From positions 3,712,001 to 3,776,000 of the forward strand of contig OZ242214.1 in assembly GCA_965206595.1 (NCBI GenBank): a stretch of 64,000 nt of DNA, written 5' to 3'. How positions within the stretch are numbered: the stretch's first letter is position 1; each line of letters opens with the position of its first letter. The notes beneath the pieces were generated by a model. The model was not told where the DNA came from. It saw nothing but the letters and a program-made list of their open reading frames with translations, and ran no database searches. The DNA comes from Candidatus Latescibacterota bacterium (GTDB taxonomy: Bacteria; Latescibacterota; UBA2968; UBA8231). The position numbers and the translations under genes were made by a program. Positions 1-10,356 of this stretch are shown piece after piece.

Positions 1-726
1 GAGGTTGAGAAAACGCCGCGTGCCATCGTCGACCGGCAGACCGGCACTGGCGGCAGCGGGAGATACGGCGGCCCGAGGGAGGGTGTGCCGGGCGGCCTTC
101 CTCGCCGCGAACGCACACAGGACGGCAACGATGTACAGGCCCAGGGCGCACGTCAGGGTGCTCTGAACCCCGAACTCGCCCAGCAGGTAATACCCCGCCA
201 CGAAACAGCCCACGGCAGCACCCAGAGTGTTCGTGCTGTACAGGTAGCCTGTCCGTGCTGTTCGCTGCAATGACGAATCGGGTGCGACCCCGGAGATCAT
301 CGCCGGAAAGGTCGAACCCATCAGAAATGCGGGTAGCAGAAGCGCCGCAAGGCTGACCACGCTGCGGGCGACGGTCAGGATGGCCCGATCGTCGAAGCTC
401 TCCGCCAATGAGGTGAAGAGCTGTGCCAGGAGATCGAACAGCGACGGCGACAGAAAAACATAGGCGCCGATACCGATCTCCAGCAGGATGTAGGGAACGA
501 GGGAAGGGCGGCGCTTGCTGAAGTATTCCCCTCCGACATAGCTGCCCAGCCCAAGTCCGCCCATGAACGCGGCCAGGATCATGGCGGTCGCGCTCATCGA
601 GTTGCCGACCACTGTGATCAGCATCCGATTCCATGTGACCTCGGCGATCAGACTGCCGGCGCCGGACGCGAAGAAAGCGCCGTACACGGTGAGCAGGAAA
701 ACGAGGGAACGGAGGTCAATGGTCAC
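1..726 (-). CDS. Membrane (MFS-like)/spermidine synthase-like fusion protein, N-terminal part, runs off the window edge
   Basis: Not in the ORF track; hand-translated from GTG at 726 (GGAAGG upstream): VTIDLRSLVFLLTVYGAFFASGAGSLIAEVTWNRML...MGGLGLGSY...LMGSTFP...YLYSTNTLGAAVGC. The same motifs occur in the neighbouring 865-aa protein. Confidence 0.85.
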   Translation of the reverse strand, partial: MTIDLRSLVFLLTVYGAFFASGAGSLIAEVTWNRMLITVVGNSMSATAMILAAFMGGLGLGSYVGGEYFSKRRPSLVPYILLEIGIGAYVFLSPSLFDLLAQLFTSLAESFDDRAILTVARSVVSLAALLLPAFLMGSTFPAMISGVAPDSSLQRTARTGYLYSTNTLGAAVGCFVAGYYLLGEFGVQSTLTCALGLYIVAVLCAFAARKAARHTLPRAAVSPAAASAGLPVDDGTRRFLNL

Positions 727-784
727 GTATCAACCTTCCTGCCGATCGCCAACAGGCATTGGGGATATTCGGGCAAAGAGCAAG

Positions 785-3382
785 TTATGTCTTTGAGAAT
801 AGGGATTTTAGAAACGGATGGCGTTCGATGGTCCTGATCAAGTTCGGATTGTCAATTTTCAGCGTAAAGCGTGGTGCACCAGGGCCTTTCGCTTTTTCTA
901 TGAATACAGTCTGTATCAGACGCAGATAAAGATCGAGGTCCCCGAACTCCGGGATGGGATTTCCATTTTCATAGCAGTTGCGGCACCATGATCTGGCTCT
1001 CGCGGGATTCATCAAGTCCATTGCAGGGGTTGGATCATGAAAAAAAATCATGCCGTATTCCATGATCGGAAAATCGTCGGTAACCGGCGCATGATCTTTG
1101 ACTGCACTCAACAGAGTCTGATAATCCGCTACGAACATACCGGCGATGTCGGTAAGGGAATTGATCCGAATCTTGACAAGGTCTTCCTGCAACTCGGGGC
1201 TTTGAACCAATTTTCTCTCTGTTGAAACTGGATCGAGGATTATTTCTGCGTCTTTCCGCCCGACCAGAATACACTCGGTTTTGACACCCGAAAGCATGAT
1301 GGTATTGGGAAACACATCGATGAAAGAACGGATCATCGATTTAACGATTGGCGCAGGCTGTTGCGTCAGCGGTAGCCACTGGGTCAAGAAGCCCCCGGAT
1401 TTGAGGCGTCTTCTGACCAGCTCATAGAAGTCACGGGAATACAATGAGGCAATACCTGCCTGCTTGATTGGCGGGGGCTCCAGAGTTACGAGGTCGTAGC
1501 GGTTGTGTTCTTGCATCCTTAAATGCTGTCGCCCGTCGTTTACAAAAACCGAAACGCCAGGATCGTTCAGGATATCTTGATTGGATTCCTTGAAATATCC
1601 CGCGTGCTCGAGAATATGCTTCGATAGATCTACCACCTCGATATTTCTCACCGAGGAATGCAGTGCTGCCGCATGTGCGGTGTTTCCAACGCCAAAACAG
1701 ATGACCAAGACGTCTGTGGGATCACGCAGGTGAAGCAGGGGAATGTGTGAAAAGGCCCTCATGTAACGCTGGGCCTGCCAGTAGGTGCTGGACATTCGGT
1801 GTCCATTGGTTATCAATGCTTTTTCATTTTCGGGAAGATCCAGTATGACGATCGTTTCGAGGATTCCTTCGCTGGTTTTTACGACGTTGGAACCCTCGAA
1901 ATATAATTTGCCTTCCCTGGTCCAAGAGCCTTCGTGCAGAAGCGCGTTTGGGGGAAGCAGAAACCATTGTGTCAGACCGGCGATTAGCATCAGAGAAACA
2001 ATGACGAAGGCCGGTTTGTGAAGTCTGCCTCCAATCTCTGTTGTCCTTGCCTGGGATTTGGAGAGCAGGAGAAGTGGAATTGTGACCAGAAGGGCGACTG
2101 TCAGGAGTGTCACGATGCTCCATTTCAGCCCCAATAGAGGCAACAGAACAAAACCCGACAACATGCTTCCTCCCAGAGCACCAAGGGTATTAGCCAGATA
2201 GAGGATTCCGGCTCTTCTGCCGACGTTGTGCTCCCTTGTTTGAACAATAGCATTCGCGAGAGGAAACGCGAATCCCATAAAAACCGATGGAACGAATATC
2301 AATACCAGCGTCGGATGCAATATCACCCAAATATTGACTAGTGTGCCTGAAAAGGCACTTAGCTGCACAGGGTCGGGGGGTTCATCGAACGTGTACAGGC
2401 CATGCTCATTGAAAATCAAAAAGGCAGTCAAACAGGTCGATGTAAACAGTAGCTGTGAGAGGATATACAGATCTGCGGGCCGCCTGAAGAATCGTGCAAA
2501 ATACCCTCCTCCCACTGACCCGATCCATATTCCGACTAGTATGACCATTAGCAGAATTGAATACACGGAGCGGAGGTGTCCGACAGCGCTGGTCAGGAAG
2601 CGGATCCAGACGATTTCCATTCCCATTGCCGCAAAGCCGGACAGGACAATGGCCAGAATGACAAAACTGAACGACCGATTTTGAAAATCCCGGGTTGTGT
2701 GTTTGTCTTGAACAACGGGGGTTGGATCCAGGCGGGGTCTACGTACTTCGATGTTCAATATCCAAAAGGCACCAACAGCCGCGAGCAGATTGAGCAGAAC
2801 GGCCATAACCTGAGCCTGAAACAGGCCCAGGTTGGGAATGGCAAAGAAATCAACCAGAATACAGCCCAGGGCTGCACCAGCCGTATTTAATCCATAAAGC
2901 AGACCGATGTGCCATCCGGCGCTGGAAAGATTTGTCCTCACCAGGTAGCGGATCAGAAGGGTTAAGGTTCCTCCCATAAGGAAGGTAATCGGAAAAATGG
3001 TGAAAATTGCGATGACATACCTGACCAGGTAGGACGAGAAAGTGATATAGTGCCAACCGTATTCCCCGGTACGATAGGAAGTGATTGTGCTCGATATGCC
3101 TTCCAGGTGAACCAGTAAAAGGGCTATGCCCAAGCCCAGAGCTGCTATCAAGACCTCTGAAACGGCGTAAAGCTTCAATGCTGTTGTGGGATTCTTTCGG
3201 TATTTGTTGTCGGAAAAGGAGCCGATGACATAGCTCCCAAGCCCGAGGCCCAGCATGAAAACGCCGATTACGATTGAGGACGAGTAGATGGTATTTCCAA
3301 AAACGAGCCCAAACTGGCGGATCCATATGACTTGATAAACAAGACCGCTGATACCGGAGATGAAAAAAATCAGATATACCAT
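785..3382 (-). CDS. Fused multi-pass membrane domain / spermidine synthase-like class I SAM-binding domain protein
   Basis: Two hydrophobic repeat halves (SGISGLVYQVIW, LYGLNTAGAALG, SGFAAMGMEIVW) followed by VLVICFGVGNTA, VEVVDLS, DGRQHL, YDLVTLEPP and TDDFPIMEY. Confidence 0.88.
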   Translation of the reverse strand: MVYLIFFISGISGLVYQVIWIRQFGLVFGNTIYSSSIVIGVFMLGLGLGSYVIGSFSDNKYRKNPTTALKLYAVSEVLIAALGLGIALLLVHLEGISSTITSYRTGEYGWHYITFSSYLVRYVIAIFTIFPITFLMGGTLTLLIRYLVRTNLSSAGWHIGLLYGLNTAGAALGCILVDFFAIPNLGLFQAQVMAVLLNLLAAVGAFWILNIEVRRPRLDPTPVVQDKHTTRDFQNRSFSFVILAIVLSGFAAMGMEIVWIRFLTSAVGHLRSVYSILLMVILVGIWIGSVGGGYFARFFRRPADLYILSQLLFTSTCLTAFLIFNEHGLYTFDEPPDPVQLSAFSGTLVNIWVILHPTLVLIFVPSVFMGFAFPLANAIVQTREHNVGRRAGILYLANTLGALGGSMLSGFVLLPLLGLKWSIVTLLTVALLVTIPLLLLSKSQARTTEIGGRLHKPAFVIVSLMLIAGLTQWFLLPPNALLHEGSWTREGKLYFEGSNVVKTSEGILETIVILDLPENEKALITNGHRMSSTYWQAQRYMRAFSHIPLLHLRDPTDVLVICFGVGNTAHAAALHSSVRNIEVVDLSKHILEHAGYFKESNQDILNDPGVSVFVNDGRQHLRMQEHNRYDLVTLEPPPIKQAGIASLYSRDFYELVRRRLKSGGFLTQWLPLTQQPAPIVKSMIRSFIDVFPNTIMLSGVKTECILVGRKDAEIILDPVSTERKLVQSPELQEDLVKIRINSLTDIAGMFVADYQTLLSAVKDHAPVTDDFPIMEYGMIFFHDPTPAMDLMNPARARSWCRNCYENGNPIPEFGDLDLYLRLIQTVFIEKAKGPGAPRFTLKIDNPNLIRTIERHPFLKSLFSKT

Positions 3383-3412
3383 GTATGCCGCAAATATCTG
3401 CGCCGTGAGGTA

Positions 3413-5089
3413 CTAGTTTCGCTGCAGGACGTGGACCCGATCGATATCGAGGGGTCCGAATTCCGTCGTTGTGCCGTCCTCCCAGTACACCGTGACCTTG
3501 TCCACCGTGGTCGCGGATCCCAACCCGCAGTGGACGCGAGGGTCGTTGCTCCCGCAGTAGCTGTACGCCCGCTGCACGCGCCGCCAGCGCGACACCCCCC
3601 CGGCGTCGATGCGCACGCGGGCGTGCAGGGCGTAACGCGCCTCGCTGTCGCGGATGGCGAGCTGCACCCAATGGCCCAGTGAACCGACCGTGTTGCGCAA
3701 AACCGTGGCCTTCGCATCGCGGTTGCCGACGACGATGTCGACGGCGCCGTCGTTGTCGAGGTCTCCGAAGGCTGCGGCGCGGCTTGTCTCGACGATCGGG
3801 CTCGCGGTACCTCCCCGGGGCGCGACTTCCTCGAACTTCAGCGCGCCGACACCGCGGAAGAGTTGATTCGATTCCGCGTAGATGTCCTCCGGGTCATTGA
3901 CCGGATCCCAGTAGTTTATACGGCCGTTGGCCACGTAGATGTCGAGGAGGCCGTCGTGGTCGAAGTCGATGATGCCGAGCCCGAACCCGGTGAACTCATA
4001 GCTCGTTGAGCCCAGCCCGGTTCGATTCGTGATGTCCTCGAAAAAGCGGTCCGTATCCCGGAGATAGAACGTGTTCGTTTCTTCCCTGAGGTGTGAGACG
4101 AACAGGTCGAGATCCCCATCGCTGTCGACGTCCGTGGCGGCGATACCCATACCGGCCTCCGCCTCTCCGACGGCGTTGAAAGCCGTCCCCGAGGAAAGTC
4201 CCTCATCGACGAACTTCAGACCGCCCCGGTTGATCCACAGTTGGTTGGCCATACCGTCGTTGGCGACGTATAGATCGATGCGGTCGTCGCCACCGAAATC
4301 GCCGGCGACGACACCGAGTCCGTTGCCGCGCGCCTGGTGGATTCCAGCCTCGACGCTGATGTCGGTGAAGCGCCCGTTGCCGTCGTTGCGGTAGAGTACA
4401 TCCGGCTGCGACGCCTGGAAGTTGTTCGGGTTGCAGTAGACGCGCCGCCCGGATCCGGAGAAACACTCGACGTCGGTAGCGATCGACCAGCGTAGATAGT
4501 CCGCTACGTAGAGATCCAGATCTCCATCGCGGTCGGCGTCGAAAAAGACGCTGCTCGTGCTCCAGTTCACATCGCCGACTCCGGCGTCGGCGGTGACGTC
4601 CGTGAACTGGCCGTTGCCTTCGTTTCGGTAGAGGACGTTCGCCCCCAGATTGGTGACGTAGATATCGATGTCTCCGTCGCCGTCGTAGTCCGCAACGGAG
4701 CCCCCCATTCCATAGCCCCTGTCTCCGACTCCGGCGCTCTCCGTCACATCCTGGAAGCGAAAGTCCCCGAGGTTCCGGTACAGACGATTCCCGGGTGGAT
4801 CTCCTCCCTCAGCGGCGATCTCACCGCCCTGCACCAGATAGACGTCTAGGAGCCCGTCCCCGTCGTAATCGAGGAGGAGAACGCCGCCGGCGAAAATCTC
4901 CGGATACCAGAATCGCTTCTTTCCTGACTTGTGGAGGAAGTCGATACCCGAACCCGCGGTTCGGTCCTCGAACCACGGGGATCCGCCGGGCTCGGCGGTC
5001 CCGTTCGTGTTCGTGGTGGTCGGCGTTCGCTCACAGCCGAGGCTCGCGACGAACAGAAGGGCGGCGGCGGACACTCTCCGCGCCCGCAT
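3413..5089 (-). CDS. CRTAC1-family FG-GAP repeat lipoprotein with C-terminal ASPIC/UnbV domain
   Basis: Repeated DxDxDGxxD motifs (DYDGDGLLD, DADRDGDLD, DFDHDGLLD), C-terminal SYCGSNDPRVHCGLG, lipobox-like SLGC. Start placed at ATG 5089, which overlaps the upstream stop (TGATG), rather than 5524. Confidence 0.88.
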   Translation of the reverse strand: MRARRVSAAALLFVASLGCERTPTTTNTNGTAEPGGSPWFEDRTAGSGIDFLHKSGKKRFWYPEIFAGGVLLLDYDGDGLLDVYLVQGGEIAAEGGDPPGNRLYRNLGDFRFQDVTESAGVGDRGYGMGGSVADYDGDGDIDIYVTNLGANVLYRNEGNGQFTDVTADAGVGDVNWSTSSVFFDADRDGDLDLYVADYLRWSIATDVECFSGSGRRVYCNPNNFQASQPDVLYRNDGNGRFTDISVEAGIHQARGNGLGVVAGDFGGDDRIDLYVANDGMANQLWINRGGLKFVDEGLSSGTAFNAVGEAEAGMGIAATDVDSDGDLDLFVSHLREETNTFYLRDTDRFFEDITNRTGLGSTSYEFTGFGLGIIDFDHDGLLDIYVANGRINYWDPVNDPEDIYAESNQLFRGVGALKFEEVAPRGGTASPIVETSRAAAFGDLDNDGAVDIVVGNRDAKATVLRNTVGSLGHWVQLAIRDSEARYALHARVRIDAGGVSRWRRVQRAYSYCGSNDPRVHCGLGSATTVDKVTVYWEDGTTTEFGPLDIDRVHVLQRN

Positions 5090-6492
5090 CACGGTTTCCG
5101 CTGCTCGTAGTACTGCTCGAGTTGCTTCACGGCTCTGTGATTCGGCTTGAGTCTGCGCGCGGCCTCGAGGGCTCGCTTCGCGCACGTCCAGTCCTCGAGA
5201 TCTACGCAGAGGGTCCCGAGGCTGACGTGGATGGGGAGGGTGTAATTTTGCGGAGTGAGCCGGAGAAGATCTTCTAGTGCAGCTCGCGCCCCGGTTCGGT
5301 CTTCGAGCCGGAGGCACGCCTGGGCGAGGAACTGATGGAAACCGGGGCGGCTGTTGTCGAGACCGATGGCGGTTTCCAGAGACTCGCGCGCCGGGGCGAA
5401 CTCTCCCATGAACAGGAGCGCCTTGCCACGCTCGAAGTGAGCTTGCGCGATCTGGGGCGCTCTGTCGATGGCGGCGTCCGCGGCTGCGAGCGCCTGCGGA
5501 TACAGCTTCAGCGAGCTGAGGCAATCCGCCTTGTTGATGTATATCCCGAACGCGCCCGGGTGAAACTCAAGGCCCGCATCGAGGATGGCGAGGGCCTCTC
5601 GAGGGCGTTTCACCCGGCGATACGCCACCGCGAGGTTGTTCATGACCATCAAGTCCTGCGGCCGCTCCTGGTACATTCTCTCCAGGACGACGATGGCCTC
5701 TGCGGGTTTGCCGGCGCGGAGGAGTCCCACCGCGTGATCGAGCCGTGTGCTGTAGCCGCGGGAATAGCGCTCCAGGTCGCTGCTCGTGCGGTCGGGTATG
5801 TAGGACTTCTCGGCATCCTCGCCTCGAGCCTGGGCGCGATCCGCATCCTCGGTGCGACCCATGCGCCGGTAAGCGCGCCCGACGAGAAACGCCGCCATTT
5901 TGTGGCCTGGTTGGAGGGAGAGGGCGTGCTCCAGAGCAGTGATGGCAGCGGCATAGTCGCGACGCTCGAGAGCGACACGGCCGAGACCGACATGACCCTC
6001 CGGGGACTTCCCGTGCAGCGCTACGGCGCGCCGGAACGCTGCATCCGCCCCATCGATGTCGCCAGACTCGATCAGCAGGTCCCCGAGATGGTGCTGGGCG
6101 GGAGCAAAGCCTGGGAATCTCTTCACCACCGCATGCATGGCGGCTACGGCGCCGTCGAAATCGCCCAGATTCTGCGTGGCGCGGGCGGCATGGTAAGCCC
6201 AGACGGATTCCCGGGGGGCGAGCAACGCCGCCGCTTCGAAACACTGACGGGCCTGTTGCCAGAGCACGTTTGCCTCGAAAACCAGGCCGAGCTGGCCCAA
6301 CTTCTCCGCATCCGATGGGTCTTCGCGTACCCTCTCGAGGTGATCATCCACCAGGGAACGGATCTCGGCATCGAGATTCCGGGGAATCGCGAGGTCCGGA
6401 AGCGTTGGCTGAGGCCCGCAGCTGCAGCACGCCAGGACCCAGCAGAGCGCCCAGCGCGCCACCAGCGGGCTCGTGACACGTTGCTCGTCCAT
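5089..6492 (-). CDS. Tetratricopeptide-repeat lipoprotein
   Basis: Many TPR-like units (AQHHLGDLL...GDIDGADAAFRRAVALH; AHFERGKALL...) and a hydrophobic N-terminus with LACCSC. ATG 6492 has GGAGA upstream. Confidence 0.85.
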   Translation of the reverse strand: MDEQRVTSPLVARWALCWVLACCSCGPQPTLPDLAIPRNLDAEIRSLVDDHLERVREDPSDAEKLGQLGLVFEANVLWQQARQCFEAAALLAPRESVWAYHAARATQNLGDFDGAVAAMHAVVKRFPGFAPAQHHLGDLLIESGDIDGADAAFRRAVALHGKSPEGHVGLGRVALERRDYAAAITALEHALSLQPGHKMAAFLVGRAYRRMGRTEDADRAQARGEDAEKSYIPDRTSSDLERYSRGYSTRLDHAVGLLRAGKPAEAIVVLERMYQERPQDLMVMNNLAVAYRRVKRPREALAILDAGLEFHPGAFGIYINKADCLSSLKLYPQALAAADAAIDRAPQIAQAHFERGKALLFMGEFAPARESLETAIGLDNSRPGFHQFLAQACLRLEDRTGARAALEDLLRLTPQNYTLPIHVSLGTLCVDLEDWTCAKRALEAARRLKPNHRAVKQLEQYYEQRKP

Positions 6493-7034
6493 TTCTCCGG
6501 CGTTCATTCTCAATGTCTGAAGGATCGGACAACCTCGCAGGCTGGAGAAATAGTACACAGATATGACAGCCCGACCAACAGCACCTGATGGACAGAGTGC
6601 AGCCGCCAGCGTATTGCACCTGCCGGCCGACGACTGTGTAAAGTCACCTCAAACCTGGACTTGCGGCCGCAAGTGTTCGTCAGCGTGGTGGCGGCCTTTA
6701 GGAAGCCGACGGCTGCACAGGGGACCGACATGAAAAAATGGGCTACTTTCGTCAGCGTCCTTCCCGCATGGTTTGCGCGCAAAATGGCATAGTCCAAGGC
6801 GCTGGTCCCGTGGTTCTGAGGAGTCTGTCAGACTATAAAGGCTACTAAAGTGGTAACACGAGGCTACGCCCATAACAGCCCCTTGAAAAAGCCCATCCGG
6901 GCTGCGGCCGGCTTTGGCGTTCGAATACGGCGTTGCGCCTTGTCTTCGACCGCCATGACTCGGCCTCGCCTGCAGAGCAACTTCATCAGCGGGCTTATAT
7001 GCAGCGACGGAGGTCAGGGGGGAGACCACTGAGT

Positions 7035-9002
7035 TTGTCAAGGGGAACAGAGAAGCGGTCGACGCCGGGGGTGACGCCGCGCTCGTTGGTCATCGGAGCA
7101 GGACTCAGTCTGTTGATCGGTGTGGGCGAACCCTACGGTGCGCGTGTCATAGTGGGCAGCCATTTGAGCTCATTGAATGGCCCCGCCGCTTTCTTTCTGT
7201 TCTTCCTGTGGGTGGGTGTTGTCCAGGTACTGTTGGGGGTCATTCACCGGAGGCTGGTCCTGGGCAAGGGGGAGTTGTTGACCATTTACATCATGATGGT
7301 CATCGCTACGGCTTTCTCGGGGGGAGAGCGCAACGGATTCTGCTTCATGCTGTTGGGGTCCGCTGCCGGGGTATTTTACCTGGCCACGCCGGAGAACGGG
7401 TGGGCGGAGCGGGTTCATCCCTACGTGGCGGAATGGATGGTCCCTCGCGATGAGACGGGGATCCGGTGGTTCTTCGAAGGCTTGCCGGTTGGCGAGTCCA
7501 TTCCCTGGGGCATGTGGTTGCCGCCGCTGTTCTGGTGGTTCGTGTTCATGGTGGCGTTGTGGATGACAAGCATCTGCACGATGGTGATTCTCCGTCGCCA
7601 GTGGGTGGAACACGAACATCTGATCTACCCGATCACCAAAGTCCCCCTGGCGATGGTAGAGCCACCATCCGGCGGTTCGTTGGTGGCGCCTTTTTTCAAG
7701 AGCCCCCTGATGTGGGTGGGACTGCTGCTGACGTTTGGCCGCGAAAGCCTCAATGCCTTGAACCATTACTACCCCTTCGTTCCCGTGATTCCGAGACACC
7801 TGGGAACCGTGACACTGTTACGGGGCGTCGCGAGTGTAGGCTTCTCGCTGAATCTGATGATCCTGGGGTTTGCGTATTTCCTCAAACCGGACGTGACGTT
7901 CGGGATGTGGGTATTCACTCTGCTGCGGCGCCTGGAGGAGGGTGTGCTCATCTTCACGGGACAGGGCATTGGGGAATCTCTTTCCAACTATGGCGGCGGC
8001 GGCGGCGTAACGGGATTGCTGGCGCATCAGAGCATAGGTGCCATGACCGCGCTGGTGCTCTTCGGGCTCTGGATTGCCCGGGAGCACCTGCGGAAGGTGT
8101 TCCGCAAGGCGTTCAGGGGGGACCCGTCGGTGGACGATTCCGACGAGATCATTTCCTACCGCACCGCCGTCTGGGGGGTGATCCTCGGAGTGGTCGGGAT
8201 GAGCGTGTGGCTGTGGCGTGCGGGCTTGCCCTTGTGGGTAGGGCCGCTGTTTCTGTTCGGAGCGCTGGTAACCTTCATCAGCCTGACGCGCATCATCGCC
8301 GAGGCGGGCTTGCCGATGGTGTTTCCGCGCAATATCCCCCTGGACTTCGTGATCTCGGGGATCGGGGCGCGGTATATAGGGCCTGCCGGGATAGCGGCGT
8401 TGGGTCCGACGGTGATCTGGACGGAATCCCTGGCGAGCACGATGATGGCGCATAGCGCCACGGGATTGAAGTTGACCGGGGAGATCGGGCATCGCAAGCG
8501 CTGGTTGTTGCTTGCGATTGCGATCGCTATTGGGGTTTCTGCGGTCAGTACGTTCTGGATGTCGATGTCGATAGCCTATCGGGAGGGGAGCATCAATGTA
8601 GATGGTCCCGTGCGCTATCTGCCCCAGTATACCTGGGAGTATGTGGGGAGCAGGATCGACGAGAATGCGGGACCGAACGGGCTGGGCTGGCTCATCCGGC
8701 TGATGGGAGGCGGAGTGATGGCTGGTCTGCTGATCTTGCAACGTCGCTTTCTGTGGTGGCCGTTACATCCCCTGGGCTTCGTGGTCAGCATGGACAGGGT
8801 GATGGACACGGCCTGGTTTCCGGTCTTTGTGGCCTGGTTGATCAAGTCGGTCCTCCTGAAGTATGGTGGCCTCAAAGTTTATCGCTCGCTCATCCCTCTT
8901 TTCTACGGGTTGATCCTGGGTCAGTTCGTGTCCGGGGGATTCTGGCTTATCGTGGATTATTTCACCGGGATGAAGGGTAATCAAATAGCGATGGACTTCT
9001 AG
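7035..9002 (+). CDS. DUF6785/DUF6784-like polytopic membrane protein (putative transporter), copy A
   Basis: Highly hydrophobic; motifs RRQWVEHEHLIYPI, RIIAEAGLP, WWPLHPLGF, YGLILGQF. TTG start at 7035 after GGAG gives 655 aa, the same length as the paralog at 19578-21545. Confidence 0.8.
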   Translation: MSRGTEKRSTPGVTPRSLVIGAGLSLLIGVGEPYGARVIVGSHLSSLNGPAAFFLFFLWVGVVQVLLGVIHRRLVLGKGELLTIYIMMVIATAFSGGERNGFCFMLLGSAAGVFYLATPENGWAERVHPYVAEWMVPRDETGIRWFFEGLPVGESIPWGMWLPPLFWWFVFMVALWMTSICTMVILRRQWVEHEHLIYPITKVPLAMVEPPSGGSLVAPFFKSPLMWVGLLLTFGRESLNALNHYYPFVPVIPRHLGTVTLLRGVASVGFSLNLMILGFAYFLKPDVTFGMWVFTLLRRLEEGVLIFTGQGIGESLSNYGGGGGVTGLLAHQSIGAMTALVLFGLWIAREHLRKVFRKAFRGDPSVDDSDEIISYRTAVWGVILGVVGMSVWLWRAGLPLWVGPLFLFGALVTFISLTRIIAEAGLPMVFPRNIPLDFVISGIGARYIGPAGIAALGPTVIWTESLASTMMAHSATGLKLTGEIGHRKRWLLLAIAIAIGVSAVSTFWMSMSIAYREGSINVDGPVRYLPQYTWEYVGSRIDENAGPNGLGWLIRLMGGGVMAGLLILQRRFLWWPLHPLGFVVSMDRVMDTAWFPVFVAWLIKSVLLKYGGLKVYRSLIPLFYGLILGQFVSGGFWLIVDYFTGMKGNQIAMDF

Positions 9003-9101
9003 GGGCTCGAGCAAGCCAGGTGAGGAAAGTCACTTCAACGTCCACATAGCATGCGCATCGACTGCAATTGACCATAATGTGCCTGTGAGGAGACACCCCC
9101 C

Positions 9102-10272
9102 ATGAAAATCGAATCGATCGACTTCCAGATCCTCGAAAGCGATCCCGTTGAACCGGAGTGGCGTCCACTGCGGACGATGCGGGAGTATCCGGGGTCAACC
9201 AAGGTGCGGTTCGGGCATCGGCTGTTCAGCGGGGACGGGATCCGCTTGGAGCCCAGGCCGGCTTACACGTGTCTGCTCCGGATCCGAACCGATGCGAATC
9301 TCGAGACCATCGGATCCTTCTCCTCGGGCTGGGGGAAAGAGGATCTGGAGTGGAAGGCGCGTACGTTCAAGGTCCAGTGGGAGTCGGAGCTCGTCGGGCA
9401 GGATGCACTGAATCGCGAGTACATGTGGCACAAAATGTGGATGGCCCGCCGGTACTTTCATATGACATCGACAGATCCTCTCGCTTTGATCGACACCCTT
9501 TTGTGGGATCTGGCGGGGCTCCACGCCAGGTTGCCTGTCCACAAGCTGCTCGGTGGATTTCGCGACCGTGTCCCGGCCTATCTCACCGAAACGGGCCATC
9601 CCCTACGAAGACACGCTGAAGTCGGCTCAACGGGCAGTGGACGAGGGTTACAAGGGGTTCAAGGACCACTCGATGCTGGGCGTCGAAACAAACCTCGCCC
9701 TCGCCAGGGACATCCGCAGTCTGGTCGGCAACGAGATGGCATTAATGCACGATCCCGTCCAGCAATACACCGTTGAAGATGCCATCAAAGTGTCGCGCGG
9801 GTTGGAAGAGCTGGGGTACATATGGATCGAAGAGCCCCTGCAGGAGTTCGACATCAACGGGCTGAAACGTCTTTCCGACGCGGTTGATCTACCGGTGATG
9901 GCGCTCGAATCGATACATGGAAATCCCTACCTGGCGACGCCCTATCTTGTGGCGGGAGCGATCGATATCGTGCGGAATACCGGGCTCGGGATCACCGGCA
10001 AGATGAAGCTCGCGAATCTTGCAGAGATGTTCGGACTGAATGTCCACGGTGGAGGGGCGCAGGTTGTGGCCGCGACTCGAAACGACGACTGGTGGGAAGT
10101 GGGGGCGTGGCTGCCGACGGTTGCTGACCGGTCGATTTCTGCGGCATTTGCTGGCCTGATACGGGAAACTACGGAGGTCAGGGACGGCTATATGTATGTG
10201 CCGCAGACGCCTGGTTTGGGGCGGGAGATAGACTGGGCGCAGATTGAGGCGAGGACCATCATGAAGGTTTGA
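9102..10272 (+). pseudogene. Mandelate racemase/muconate-lactonizing enzyme (enolase superfamily) split by a +1 frameshift near 9597 (pseudogene or sequencing indel)
   Basis: The capping domain (IDTLLWDLAG...PVHKLLGGFRDRVPAY) is in frame 9102; the barrel (GYKGFKDH, MHDP, WIEEP, PQTPGLG) is in frame 9553. The join is at acgggccatcccctac. Confidence 0.85.
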
Positions 10273-10356
10273 AGGTAGGGAATCAGCAGATCGTTTCTGA
10301 TGGGTCCATGGCTGTAGTTCGGGCCTGCTGCCCATCAAGTCATATGAGAGCCGTCA

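Noticed and set aside
785-3382. Assigning the gene symbol speE
   Set aside because: The fusion architecture and altered motifs do not support canonical spermidine synthase activity.
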